In this document: positions 47,497-57,500 of the stretch, piece by piece | Layout: each line of letters starts with the position of its first letter | How positions within the stretch are numbered: position 1 is the first letter of the stretch | DNA from: Chloroflexota bacterium | GTDB taxonomy: Bacteria > Chloroflexota > Dehalococcoidia > SM23-28-2 > RBG-16-64-32 | Direction: 5' to 3' | Assembly (NCBI GenBank): GCA_036732045.1 | Contig: DAINDD010000005.1 | Coordinates: 11,710-75,709, forward strand | DNA: 64,000 nt | Notes under the pieces: model-generated | Told to the model about the DNA's origin: nothing | Databases searched by the model: none | What the model saw: the letters and a program-made list of their open reading frames with translations, nothing else | Made by a program: the position numbers and the translations under genes

Positions 47497-47872
47497 GTCG
47501 ATCCGTTAGGATGATGGTAAGTGCGCCGGGAGAGGCGGAAGGGAAAGTGAGTAAAACTGGGATTTCGTTTGGTAATTTCGTGTTTTTAGGAGTACGGAGT
47601 AATTCCGGAAGTAGACCGTATGGCGACGTCGATTTATATCTGGAAGGCGAGGATGGTCTTCAGCGCTTGACCGATTATAATTGCACTTTTGTGCTCAAAA
47701 GCTGGAGATTATGTTTAGTGAATTCCTGCTTGCCAGCGCGTCACCCAGTGCTTCTTGACGTTCCGTTATGGTGGCCCGATTGTAGGGGCCTCAATCGCCC
47801 TTCGCCAAGGTTGCACCAACTCTTCGCAAAGGTAGAATCAACAAGCCGGACACCACGTTTCGAGGGGGAACT

Positions 47873-50118
47873 ATGACCATTACTGTTTTCAAACAAGCCA
47901 ACTACGACGTCAATGGCCTCGTGACGTTGATCGGAATGGGGCAAATCGGACTTCCCGACATCCAGCGACCGTTCGTCTGGAACAACATCAAGGTCCGGGA
48001 TCTGTTCGATTCGATGTACAAGGGTTATCCGGTCGGCTATCTGCTCCTTTGGCAGAACGCGCTCACGGAGGACGCGAAGCAAATCGGTGTGGACGAAAGA
48101 CAGCGCGTGCCCAGCCTTTTGATCGTGGACGGGCAACAGCGCTTGACTTCGCTCTACGCGGTGGTGAGGGGAATCAAAGTCCTCCGCGAGAACTTCACGG
48201 CGGAGCAGATTGGCATCGCGTTCAACCCGCTTCTCGAGAAGTTTGAGGTAGTCGACGCCGCTATTCGGCGAGACAAGTCGTACATCCCCAACATCTCTGC
48301 TGCGTGGAGTCCGAAACCGGGCCTAGTTCCTTTCGTCAACGAGTACATCGCAGCGCTGAAGGCGACACGCGAAGTTTCCGAGGAAGATGAGCAGCGGATC
48401 AATGACTCCATCACCCGCCTTCACGGGCTGCAAAACTTCCCGTTCACTGCGCTCGAATTGGCATCCAATATCAGCGAAGAGGACGTGGCGGATGTATTCG
48501 TCCGCATCAACAGCAAAGGGACTCCGCTCAACCAGGCGGACTTCCTGCTTACTTTGATGTCAGTGTTCTGGGATGAAGGCCGGGCGGGGCTTGAAACATT
48601 CTGCCGGCAAGCGAAAGCGCCCGGCACGGGACCGTCGCCTTACACGCACTTCGTTACTCCTGCACCCGACCAGCTACTCCGCGTGGCTGTCTCGTTGGGG
48701 TTCAAGCGCGCGCGACTAAGCAATGTGTACTCGATCCTTCGCGGCAAGGATCTCGAAACCGGAGAGTTCACGGCTGAGAGACGGGACCAGCAGTTTGCAG
48801 TGCTGAAACAAGCGCAGACGCGGGTCCTAAATCTGACGTACTGGCACGACTTCTTCAAGGCGATCATGCTATCGGGACACCGGAGTTCAAAAACGATCAG
48901 CTCGCAAACGGGGTTGATCTACGCTTACGCGTTTTATCTGATAGGACGATGCGAGTACGGCGTGGAAGAGCACCGGCTCCGGCGAGCGATCGCACGCTGG
49001 TTCTTCATGTCGAGCTTGACGGCGCGATACTCGAGTTCGCCAGAGTCCGCGATGGAATTTGATCTGGCGCGCTTGCGGGAAGTGAAGGACGCCGAAGCAT
49101 TCGTCCGGGCCCTCGACCGCGTGTGCGACGAATCTCTTACCAGCGACTTCTGGTCGATCACGCTGCCAAACGAATTGGCGACCTCGTCTCCAAGGAGCCC
49201 GTCGCTGTTCGCGTTCTACGCAGCGTTAGTGCTGCTGGACGCTAAAGTGCTCTTCTCACCCTCAAAGTTAGTGACCTGTTGGACCCCGCTTTGCATGGCA
49301 ACCGCGCAGCGATCGAGCGTCACCACCTGTTCCCGAAGGGATACCTCAAGAGCATCGGCATAACCGAGCTTCGCGAGACCAACCAGATTGCCAACTTCGC
49401 ACTCGTAGAGTGGGGGGACAACGCCGACGTGTCGGATAGGGCACCGGCGGACTACCTACCCGAGTACCGCGACAAACTTGGCCCGAAAGAGCTTCAAAAG
49501 ATGTACGGCTGGCATGGGCTTCCCGACGGTTGGGAAACCATGGCGTACCCGGACTTTCTGATGAGGCGCCGTGACCTTATCGCCGGGATCATCAAGGAAG
49601 GTTTCGCGCGGCTTAGCGGAGAAGTACCAACAGACGGTCAAATTATTCTAAGCCTGGACGAGATTGTCGGGAACGGTGAAACAAGTCGCGTGGAGTTCAA
49701 GGCGACTCTCCGGACAAATCTGCACACCCAACAAATCGACCCTAAGATGGAACTGGCAACCTTGAAAACCCTGGCTGCCTTTCTGAACACTAGCGGGGGA
49801 ACCTTGATTATCGGTGTGTCCGACCACGGTGCCCCCCTTGGGCTAAACGCTGACGGATTTCAAAACGAGGACAAGATGCAACTGCATCTGGCAAACCTAA
49901 TCAACGGCCGGATCGGGCCCCACTACATGATGTACATGCATCCGCGATTCGAGGACTATCAAGGCAAACGAGTAATCGCAGTGGAATGTTCGCCAAGTAA
50001 GTCGGCCGTATTCGTCAAGGATGGCAACGCAGACCGGTTCTACATTCGCACCGGTGTTTCGACTTCTGAACTGACTAACGCCCAAACGCAAGAGTTCATC
50101 AAGCAACGGTTCAGCTAG
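47873..50118 (+). pseudogene. GmrSD-like type IV restriction-family protein (DUF262 + DUF1524) fused to C-terminal AlbA_2/Schlafen-like domain; disrupted by a frameshift near 49245-49280
   Basis: N-terminal DUF262/ParB-like DGQQR motif (LLIVDGQQRLTSLYAV). After the frame change, DUF1524 His-Me finger motifs (AAIERHHLFPKGYL ... NQIANFALVEWGDNADVS), then AlbA_2 motifs (GETSRVEFKATL ... LAAFLNTSGGTLIIGVSD ... RFYIRTGVSTSEL). Listed as two ORFs (47873..49363 frame 2; 49279..50118 frame 1). Confidence 0.7.
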
Positions 50119-50392
50119 CGCGGCAGACATCGATCAGAATGATATGAGCTAGGTCAATCGTGGAACCGCGAAGCGCCTGTCGCTGCTAGTCCGCCGTCGA
50201 GCAAACGTCCAGGCCGGGTCCCTCTTCGACTCGGCTACCCTCCGGGGTGGGCAAGCAGGGCTGGCGCCCTACCCCACCAAAGGGCGCGGGAACCGCGCGA
50301 CGCGGCCAGGGCGCTGCGAGCCGGAGTGCGGCAAGCCAGCGCGCCTACCAGCCGCCGGAGCGCTAGGGGCGCTGAGCGTCGGTCATCGAGCG

Positions 50393-50440
50393 CACGGTGC
50401 TGATCGCCACCCACGACGACTCCATCGCCCGCCAGGCAGT
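50393..50440 (+). other. duplicated 3'-end fragment of the ABC ATPase gene (copy of 52671..52718)
   Basis: GCACGGTGCTGATCGCCACCCACGACGACTCCATCGCCCGCCAGGCAG matches the authentic gene end (…RTVLIATHDDSIARQA…) with 2 mismatches, then diverges directly into repeat copy B. Confidence 0.7.
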
Positions 50441-50481
50441 CGCCAACGGCGAACGGGAGCGGGCGAATTAGCGTCGCCTCA
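50441..50481 (+). repeat. direct repeat copy B (right boundary of lower-GC insert)
   Basis: TCGCCAACGGCGAACGGGAGCGGGCGAATTAGCGTCGCCTC. Confidence 0.7.
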
Positions 50482-50562
50482 CCCCTCTCTAACGTTCTCT
50501 TAAGCTGCGCCTCCTAGCCTGTCATCAGCCCCATACTCTACGAGGAGAGGTGCCATATAGAT

Positions 50563-52029
50563 ATGAGAACGATGAAACGCAGCGTTAGAGCGCTGATCCG
50601 AAGTCCCTTGCGTGCGGCGCTGATGGTGGGCGTCCTCGCCGTCAGCATCGGGCTGGCACTGATCATGATCACGGTGAACGGTGCTTTCGCGCAGCGCCTG
50701 GACGACGTGCGGGCCCAGGTCGGCACGGAGATCACGGTACGGCCGGCGGGCAGCTTCGGCGGCGGCTTCTTCGGCGGCGACAATGGCGGCGGCGCAAGCC
50801 CCACGGCAACCCCCGCGCCCGGCAGCAGCACCGCCGCGACAGCGGATCCGATCATCACGGATGCCGACCTGCAACAGTTGACCACCATCCCGCACGTGGC
50901 GAGCATCACTCGCGTGATCACGACGCGGTACAGCGGCACCAACCTCGTGTCCGGCATTACTTTTGGCGGAGGAGCGAACGCGACACCGCGGCCGGGTCGG
51001 GGCAACGGCGGCGGCGGCCGTGGCGGCATCCTGGTGACGGGTACGGACGACCCGAACACGCTGGCGTCAGTCGGTGTGCAGGACGTCACGCTGTCCTCCG
51101 GTCGCTCTTTCACGGCCGCCGATGAGGGGACCGACGTTGCGGTCGTCGGGCAGACGCTGGCCACGGCGAACAACTTGAGCGTCGGCAGCACGTTCGTCCT
51201 CGATCCAACGAGCACGACGACAACCAGCACCACGACGAACAGCACTACCGCCGCGACAACGTCCGGCACCACGATGACGGTGATCGGCATCTACACAACC
51301 GGCACGCAGTTCGGCGACAACTCAATGGCGCTGCCGATCGACACAGCTCGCACCATCTTTAGCCGGTCGAACGAGGTTGACCAGGCGATCGTCAAGGCCG
51401 ACAGCGTCGACAACGTCGACGCTGTCAGCACGGCGATCAAGTCCAGCCTTGGCACCGACAAGGCTGACGTCACGACCGCGCTGTCCACATTCTCCACGAT
51501 CAGCTCGCCGCTCTCCGATGCGCAGAGCAGCAGCCAGATCGGGATGATCGTAGCGCTAATCGCGTCCGCAGCGATCATCCTCTTCTCGATCGGGCTTGTG
51601 GCACGGCAGCGGGTCCGCGAGATCGGGATCATGAAGGCGGTCGGCGCTTCCAGCTGGAACGTGATCGGTCAGTTCGGGATCGAAACGGGCATCATGAGCA
51701 TCGGCGCCGCACTTCTGGGTGCTTTGGCAACGTTCCCGCTCGCGCAGACCGTCGCCAACGGGCTCGTTTCCAGCCCTTCGACGGCTGTTGGAGGCCGCGG
51801 CGGCGCGGCCGCCGGAGTGGCGGGTCGCGGCGGCGGAAGATTCTTCGCGGCGGCCGGAAACGCAGCGGGCGGAGCGAACGGTCTGCTCGGCAGCGTCAAC
51901 GTTGCGGTTTCGCCGGAGGTCTTCCTTTACGCGCTGGCGATTGCTGTCGGCCTCGCGCTGGTTGCGACAATCGTGCCTGTCTGGTATGTCGGTCGCGTGC
52001 GGCCAGCGGAGGTGCTGCGCCATGAGTGA
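50563..52029 (+). CDS. ABC transporter permease, MacB/FtsX family
   Basis: 488 aa; N-terminal TM, large Thr/Gly-rich periplasmic domain, C-terminal FtsX 3-TM bundle (IGIMKAVGASSWNVIGQF). Confidence 0.8.
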   Translation: MRTMKRSVRALIRSPLRAALMVGVLAVSIGLALIMITVNGAFAQRLDDVRAQVGTEITVRPAGSFGGGFFGGDNGGGASPTATPAPGSSTAATADPIITDADLQQLTTIPHVASITRVITTRYSGTNLVSGITFGGGANATPRPGRGNGGGGRGGILVTGTDDPNTLASVGVQDVTLSSGRSFTAADEGTDVAVVGQTLATANNLSVGSTFVLDPTSTTTTSTTTNSTTAATTSGTTMTVIGIYTTGTQFGDNSMALPIDTARTIFSRSNEVDQAIVKADSVDNVDAVSTAIKSSLGTDKADVTTALSTFSTISSPLSDAQSSSQIGMIVALIASAAIILFSIGLVARQRVREIGIMKAVGASSWNVIGQFGIETGIMSIGAALLGALATFPLAQTVANGLVSSPSTAVGGRGGAAAGVAGRGGGRFFAAAGNAAGGANGLLGSVNVAVSPEVFLYALAIAVGLALVATIVPVWYVGRVRPAEVLRHE

Positions 52030-52768
52030 TCAGATTACGAACGAAGTAACCGCAGGCCCGCCGACGGTCAACGGCACGACCTTCACGGCGGTGGTCGAGA
52101 ACCTGAAGAAACACTTCAAGAGCGGGCCCGCCGAAGTGCCGGCGGTGGACGGCGTCAGCTTCAAGCTCCCGGCGGGCGAACTGATCGTCCTGCGCGGGCC
52201 CAGCGGCTGTGGCAAGAGCACGCTGCTCAACTTGCTCGGCGCGCTGGACAAGCCGGACTCTGGCACGGTGATGGTGGGTGGGGTCGACGTGGGCAAGCTC
52301 AGCGGCGGCGCGGAGGTGGACTATCGCAGGCGGAAGGTTGGCTTCGTGTTCCAGATGTTCAACCTGATGCCGCAGCTCTCGGCCCTCGAAAACGTAATGC
52401 TGCCGCTGGAGCTGGCCGGCGGCAAGTCCACGAAAACGATGCGCGCGCGCGCCGAGGCACTTCTCGGCCGGGTCGGGCTGGCAACGGACCGCTGGGTCAG
52501 GCGCCCGGCGAAGCTGTCCGGCGGCGAGCAGCAGCGTGTCGCCATAGCCCGCGCGCTGGCCAACGATTGCCCGCTGATTCTGGCCGACGAGCCGACGGCG
52601 AACCTGGACTCGAAGACCGGTGCTGTGATCGTGGAGCTGTTGCGAAGCCTGGCGGCCGAGAACCGCACGGTGCTGATCGCCACTCACGATGACTCCATCG
52701 CCCGCCAGGCAGATGAGGTGATGGACATGCGGGACGGCCGCTTCGTGGGGGCGGGCGCGCCGGTATAG
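52022..52768 (+). CDS. ABC transporter ATP-binding protein (MacB/LolD-type)
   Basis: Start MSDQITNEV (ATG 52022) overlaps the permease stop; Walker [10 protein letters not shown], signature [15 protein letters not shown], Walker B LILADEPT. Confidence 0.9.
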   Translation: MSDQITNEVTAGPPTVNGTTFTAVVENLKKHFKSGPAEVPAVDGVSFKLPAGELIVLRGPSGCGKSTLLNLLGALDKPDSGTVMVGGVDVGKLSGGAEVDYRRRKVGFVFQMFNLMPQLSALENVMLPLELAGGKSTKTMRARAEALLGRVGLATDRWVRRPAKLSGGEQQRVAIARALANDCPLILADEPTANLDSKTGAVIVELLRSLAAENRTVLIATHDDSIARQADEVMDMRDGRFVGAGAPV

Positions 52769-52929
52769 ACGAATCTCACAATCGAACGAATCACCGGTGT
52801 TTCCGCCGGCGATTCCTGTTTCGCACCGGCGAGTATTGTCGGGTGCCAAAATTGCATCCGTCATGTTCCGCATCATGAGGCCAATCGTGCGCATTCATAG
52901 TGTAAGCCACCAAGGGCTGGCCCACCGAC

Positions 52930-53250
52930 GATCCGTCCAGTCGCTAACAATCCGAGGCCAATGACTGTCCCGTTTGCAGGCGTCAGTTGCAGCGGGCGAT
53001 GGGGCCGCGCGCGATTATAGTGCTCGACGTACTCCCGCAGCACTGCCCGCAGATGGTGCTCGTTAAGTGATGATCAGGAGGTCCAAACACTCTCTGCGCA
53101 GTGTGCCGACGACGCACTCGCCGATGGCGTTCGCCTTCGGCGAGTGCACGGGGTGAGGATTGTCTCGATGCCGATCTGAGCGGCCCGTGGATGAAATTGC
53201 CCTCATAGCACAGACTCAAGTTTCAGACTCAGACGTAATTTTGGCACCCA
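52930..53250 (-). pseudogene. decayed IS (DDE integrase-core, IS481/IS3-like) transposase remnant
   Basis: Minus-strand frames give ...[58 protein letters not shown]. This resembles the conserved rve C-terminus (…P.sNG..ER…L.RE…Y…YN..RPH..L…P) but is broken by in-frame stops and frame changes. Recognition is from memory of family consensus. Confidence 0.45.
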
Positions 53251-53450
53251 CAGGCTCTCGAACTGCTTTACCACGGCGGCGAGGTTCGTGTGACCTTTGG
53301 CATCTCTTCCCAGCGCATGATCCCGCTCCCTTGCGCCGCGCGTCCAATGGGTGTGAGGTGCGCGTGACGCGGCTGTTGACCGGACTGTGACGCTTGGAAA
53401 GAGTCCTCTTAACTAGTATCTTTTTGCCGGGCCAACTGACCGTGTACGGG

Positions 53451-53527
53451 TTTGGTCGGGGCGCTCGGATTCGAACCGAGGACCTCCTGAACCCCATTCA
53501 GGTGCGCTACCGGGCTACGCCACGCCC
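53451..53527 (-). tRNA. tRNA-Pro (anticodon GGG)
   Basis: CGGGGCG-TG-GCGT..GCGC-A-CCTGA-ATGGGGT-TCAGG-AGGTC-CTCGG-TTCGAAT-CCGAG-CGCCCCG-A-CCA. Canonical cloverleaf, U33, G37, encoded CCA. Confidence 0.85.
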
Positions 53528-53601
53528 CGACCGGAGGACTCGGATATCGTACCACGCCCGGAAATCGGTCGGCCAGCAGATCGGGTCGGCTGCGCGCGCG
53601 G

Positions 53602-54429
53602 CTAGTACGTGTGAGAAAGGGCGATGATGACGACGCCGGCCACGGCGACGAGGGCGAACTCGCTGGCCGTCTTGTGGCTGAGGCGGCGCGCCAGGTAGTT
53701 ATGCATGAGGCCCGTCATCAGGTAGAAGGCCAGCAGCAGAAAGACGGCGGCGGCGCGTTCGTCCAGCGGCAGGAAGTGGGCCGTCCAGGCAGCCTCGCCC
53801 AGCAGGACGCCGATCGCCAGCGAATAGAGGATCGTCCGCGTCGAGTCCATGCCTTCTTCGCGCAGGACTTCGATCGCCAGCAGAACGCTGACGATGCCGG
53901 CGGCGAACGACGCGGTGAAGAGGCTGAGGTCGAAGTCGTAGATCGTCGCGAAAAAGAGGAAGGCTATTACGTAGGTCGCGCCGTTTAGGATCAGGCGAGT
54001 CAGCTGGTAATTCGGCGACGTGCGGTCGACGGACTCGTACTCGGCGCGGAGGATTGCCCAGAAGGGAACGACGGAGAGCAGGCCCGCGGCCGCCGACCAG
54101 TATCCGCTGGCCATCTCGTTGAGGAATATGCCGACACTCAGCATGAAAAGCACTGGCACAAACAGGTAGAGTGCGGTGTCGTCCAAGCGCTCGAAAGCGG
54201 CGTCGGGGTGGTGGCGGACGATAGCGTCGGTGCCAAACGCAGCTAGCGCAGTAAGGAGAAGGAGGAGCCAGTTCTGAGTGGGCTGTACGGTCAGGTAGAG
54301 GGTGAGGCCCAACGCAAGCACGACGGCCAGGACATGGATCCTGTCCAGCCGGTTCGAAATCTCCCCCAGAGTAAGCGGCGTCCGCTGCGCGATTCGCGCC
54401 TCAGCGCGGACCCGGGTGAATTGCTTCAC
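53602..54429 (-). CDS. polytopic membrane protein of unknown function
   Basis: 275 aa with ~7 predicted hydrophobic helices; no catalytic motif recognised. Confidence 0.6.
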   Translation of the reverse strand: MKQFTRVRAEARIAQRTPLTLGEISNRLDRIHVLAVVLALGLTLYLTVQPTQNWLLLLLTALAAFGTDAIVRHHPDAAFERLDDTALYLFVPVLFMLSVGIFLNEMASGYWSAAAGLLSVVPFWAILRAEYESVDRTSPNYQLTRLILNGATYVIAFLFFATIYDFDLSLFTASFAAGIVSVLLAIEVLREEGMDSTRTILYSLAIGVLLGEAAWTAHFLPLDERAAAVFLLLAFYLMTGLMHNYLARRLSHKTASEFALVAVAGVVIIALSHTY

Positions 54430-54523
54430 GGGGAAACAGGCTAACCGTGTCCCGGAAGGCTGTCAACCGCTCGATATCCGATTACGATACCTGCGGGCGT
54501 GAGCATTTGTGAGATTGTGATCC

Positions 54524-57500
54524 CTACGTCCCCTGACCGGCCGAGCCCGCCGCGACCGGCTCGTCAGCGGCTTTGGCGTTTGCCACCTGCTCCAAACTAC
54601 GTCTTAACCTCTCGCGCCAGCCCTCCGTCAGTTCCACTCGCAGCGAATGGCGGGTCAGCTGGACGCCGCGCGGCACCGCGCCCTCCAGCACATCGAGAGG
54701 CAGCGCTTCGCCCTCGCGCATGCGGATGACGGCGGCGCCGTCATCCGTCGTGATCGACTGCACGCCGATAAGCCTGGCCATAGCACGCAAAACGACGACG
54801 TACATCAGGTTGCGCGCCACGGGCGGCGGTTCGCCGAGCCGGTCGACCATCTCCTGGCCGATGTCCGCGACGGCCTCTGGATCGGCGGCGGCGCTCAGGC
54901 GCTGGTAGAGGGCGAGGCGGGTGTTCAGGTCCGGGACGTAGGACGTGGGCAAGTGCGCCGAGATCGGCAGGTCGATCGTCACGCCCGGCCCTTCGCTCTC
55001 GGGCGCTGGCGTCTCACCCCGCATCAGCGCGCGGTAGCGCTCGACGGCGTTGGCCAGCAGCTTCACGTAGAGGTCGAAGCCGATCGCCGACATGTAGCCG
55101 GACTGCTCGCCGCCCAGGAGGTTGCCGGCCCCACGGATCTCCAGGTCGCGCAGGGCAATCTGGAACCCTGCGCCCAGCTCCGTCGCCTCGAAGATCGTCT
55201 GCAGGCGCATGCGTGCGGTGTCGGTGAGGCGACCCTTCTTCTCGTGCAGGAGGTAAGCGTAGGCGCGGTTCGCCCCGCGCCCGACGCGGCCGCGGAGCTG
55301 GTAGAGCTGCGCGAGGCCCAGCTTGTCAGCCTGGTTGATGATGATCGTGTTCACGTTCGGGATGTCGAGGCCGGACTCGATGATCGTCGTGCAGACGAGC
55401 ACGTCGAGCTTGCCCTGCGTGAACTCGTCCATCGCCCGGGCCAGCATGTGCTCGTCCATCTGGCCGTGGCCGATCCCGATCTGCGCGTCGGGCACGATGT
55501 CCCGCACCTTGCTCGCGATGAGGTCGATGTTGTGCACGCGGTTATGCACGAAGTAGACCTGGCCGCCGCGCTCCAGCTCGCGGACGATCGCGTCGCGGAC
55601 GGTGCGTTCTTCGAACTCCGACACGTAGGTCTTGATCGGCAGGCGCTCTTCCGGCGGCGTCTCCATCGTCGACATGTCGCGAATGCCGCCCAGTGACATG
55701 TAAAGCGTGCGCGGGATCGGTGTCGCGGAAAGCGTAAGCACGTCGACCTCGCGGCGCATGTGCTTGAGGAACTCCTTGTGCGCGACGCCGAAGCGCTGCT
55801 CTTCGTCGATGACGACGAGGCCGAGCTCCTTGAAGCGGATGTCCTTCTGCAGCAGGCGGTGCGTGCCGATGATGATGTCGATTCCGCCCGTCGCCAGGTT
55901 TTCGACGATCTGCTTCTGCTCCGTGTCGCTGCGGAAGCGGGAGATGACGTCGACGCGCGCCGGAAAAGCGCCCAGACGCTCGCGAAAGGTGTTGTAGTGC
56001 TGCTGAGCGAGGACGGTCGTTGGTACGAGGATGGCGACCTGCTTGCCGTCCATCACGGCCTTGAACGCGGCGCGGATGGCGACCTCGGTCTTACCGTAGC
56101 CGACGTCTCCGCAGACGAGCCGGTCCATCGGCCGCGGCGTTTCCATGTCCCGCTTGACAGCGCTGATCGCGGCCAGCTGGTCCGGCGTCTCGACGTACGG
56201 GAACGAGCCTTCGAGCTCGGCCTGCCAGGCGGTGTCCGGGGGGTAGGCGTAGCCGGGCATAGCCTCGCGGGCGGCATATAGTGCGAGCAGGTCTTTGGCG
56301 AGTTGCTGCACGGCCTTGCGCACGCGCTGCTTGGCGCGCTGCCACTCGCCGCTGCTGAGCCTGGTCGGCGAGGGCGCGCGGTCGGATGGGCCGATGTAGC
56401 GGCTGACGCGGTCGAGCTGGTCGGTCGGGACGAAGAGGCGGTCGCCTTCGGCGTAGTGAAGCTCCAGGTACTCGCGCTCGTGCCCGTCGACGGTGCGCTG
56501 GATGAGGCCGTGGAACCTGGCGATGCCGTGGTCGATGTGTACTACGTATGTGCCCGGGACAAGCTCGGCGAGGAAAGCTTCGCGGTTGACCTGCTGGCGC
56601 GGCGCGGTCCGGCGCTGCTTGATGAAGCCGAACACCTCAGCGTCGGCCAGCAGCGTGAGCGACGTGTCGCAGGCCAGCCTCCAGCCTTCGGATAGCGAGC
56701 CGTGGACAAGCGAGAGCAGCGGCGGCTCGGCCGGCAAGTGCGCCAGCACGGCGACCGGCTGGCCCTGCTCCTCGAACAGCTCGGAGAGACGGTCCGCCTG
56801 CTGCGAGACGATCACTGTGCGGTGTCCGGCGGCCAGCCCAGCGATCGCCTCGTCGACGAGCTTGCGGAGCTGTCCGCCGTACGCCGGCGCGGCCGAGAAG
56901 GGCAGCGGCACGACCTTCGTCTCGCCTTCCATCGCCCACCGCGCGAGGGTAAGCACTCGTGACGCCTTCTCGATGCAGGCCGACAGGGCGGGCCAGTCCT
57001 CGATGGGCTGCGGCAGCCCGCGCGGGATCTCGCCCTGCCCTTCCAGCTCCGCGCGGCTGGTGACCGCATCCTCCTGCGCTTCGTCGACGGCCGCCTGCAG
57101 GTCGCTCATCTCGTCGACGATGAGCAGGCCACCGGCGGGCAGGTGGTCGAGCAGCGTGGCCGGCGCGAGGAACGGCACGTAGAAGTCGCGATTGGGGAAG
57201 GCGAGGTCGCTCTGCAAATACGCGACGTCCTCCTCGAACCGCGCCCGCACCTCGTCCGAGACCTGCTTGTAGTTGAGCCCGGCGAGCAGCTCCAGAGCCG
57301 GCTGCGCGCTGGCGAGCGCGATCTCCTGCGCCGGGCCGATCTGCAATTCGTCGACCGTCTGGATCGTGCGCTGCGTGGCCGTCGAGAAGTGGCGCAGGCT
57401 CTCGATCTCGTCGCCGAAGAACTCGATCCGCAGCGGGTCGTCCGCGGTCGGAGGGAAGACATCGACGATACCGCCGCGCCGGCTGAACTCGCCCGTCAGT

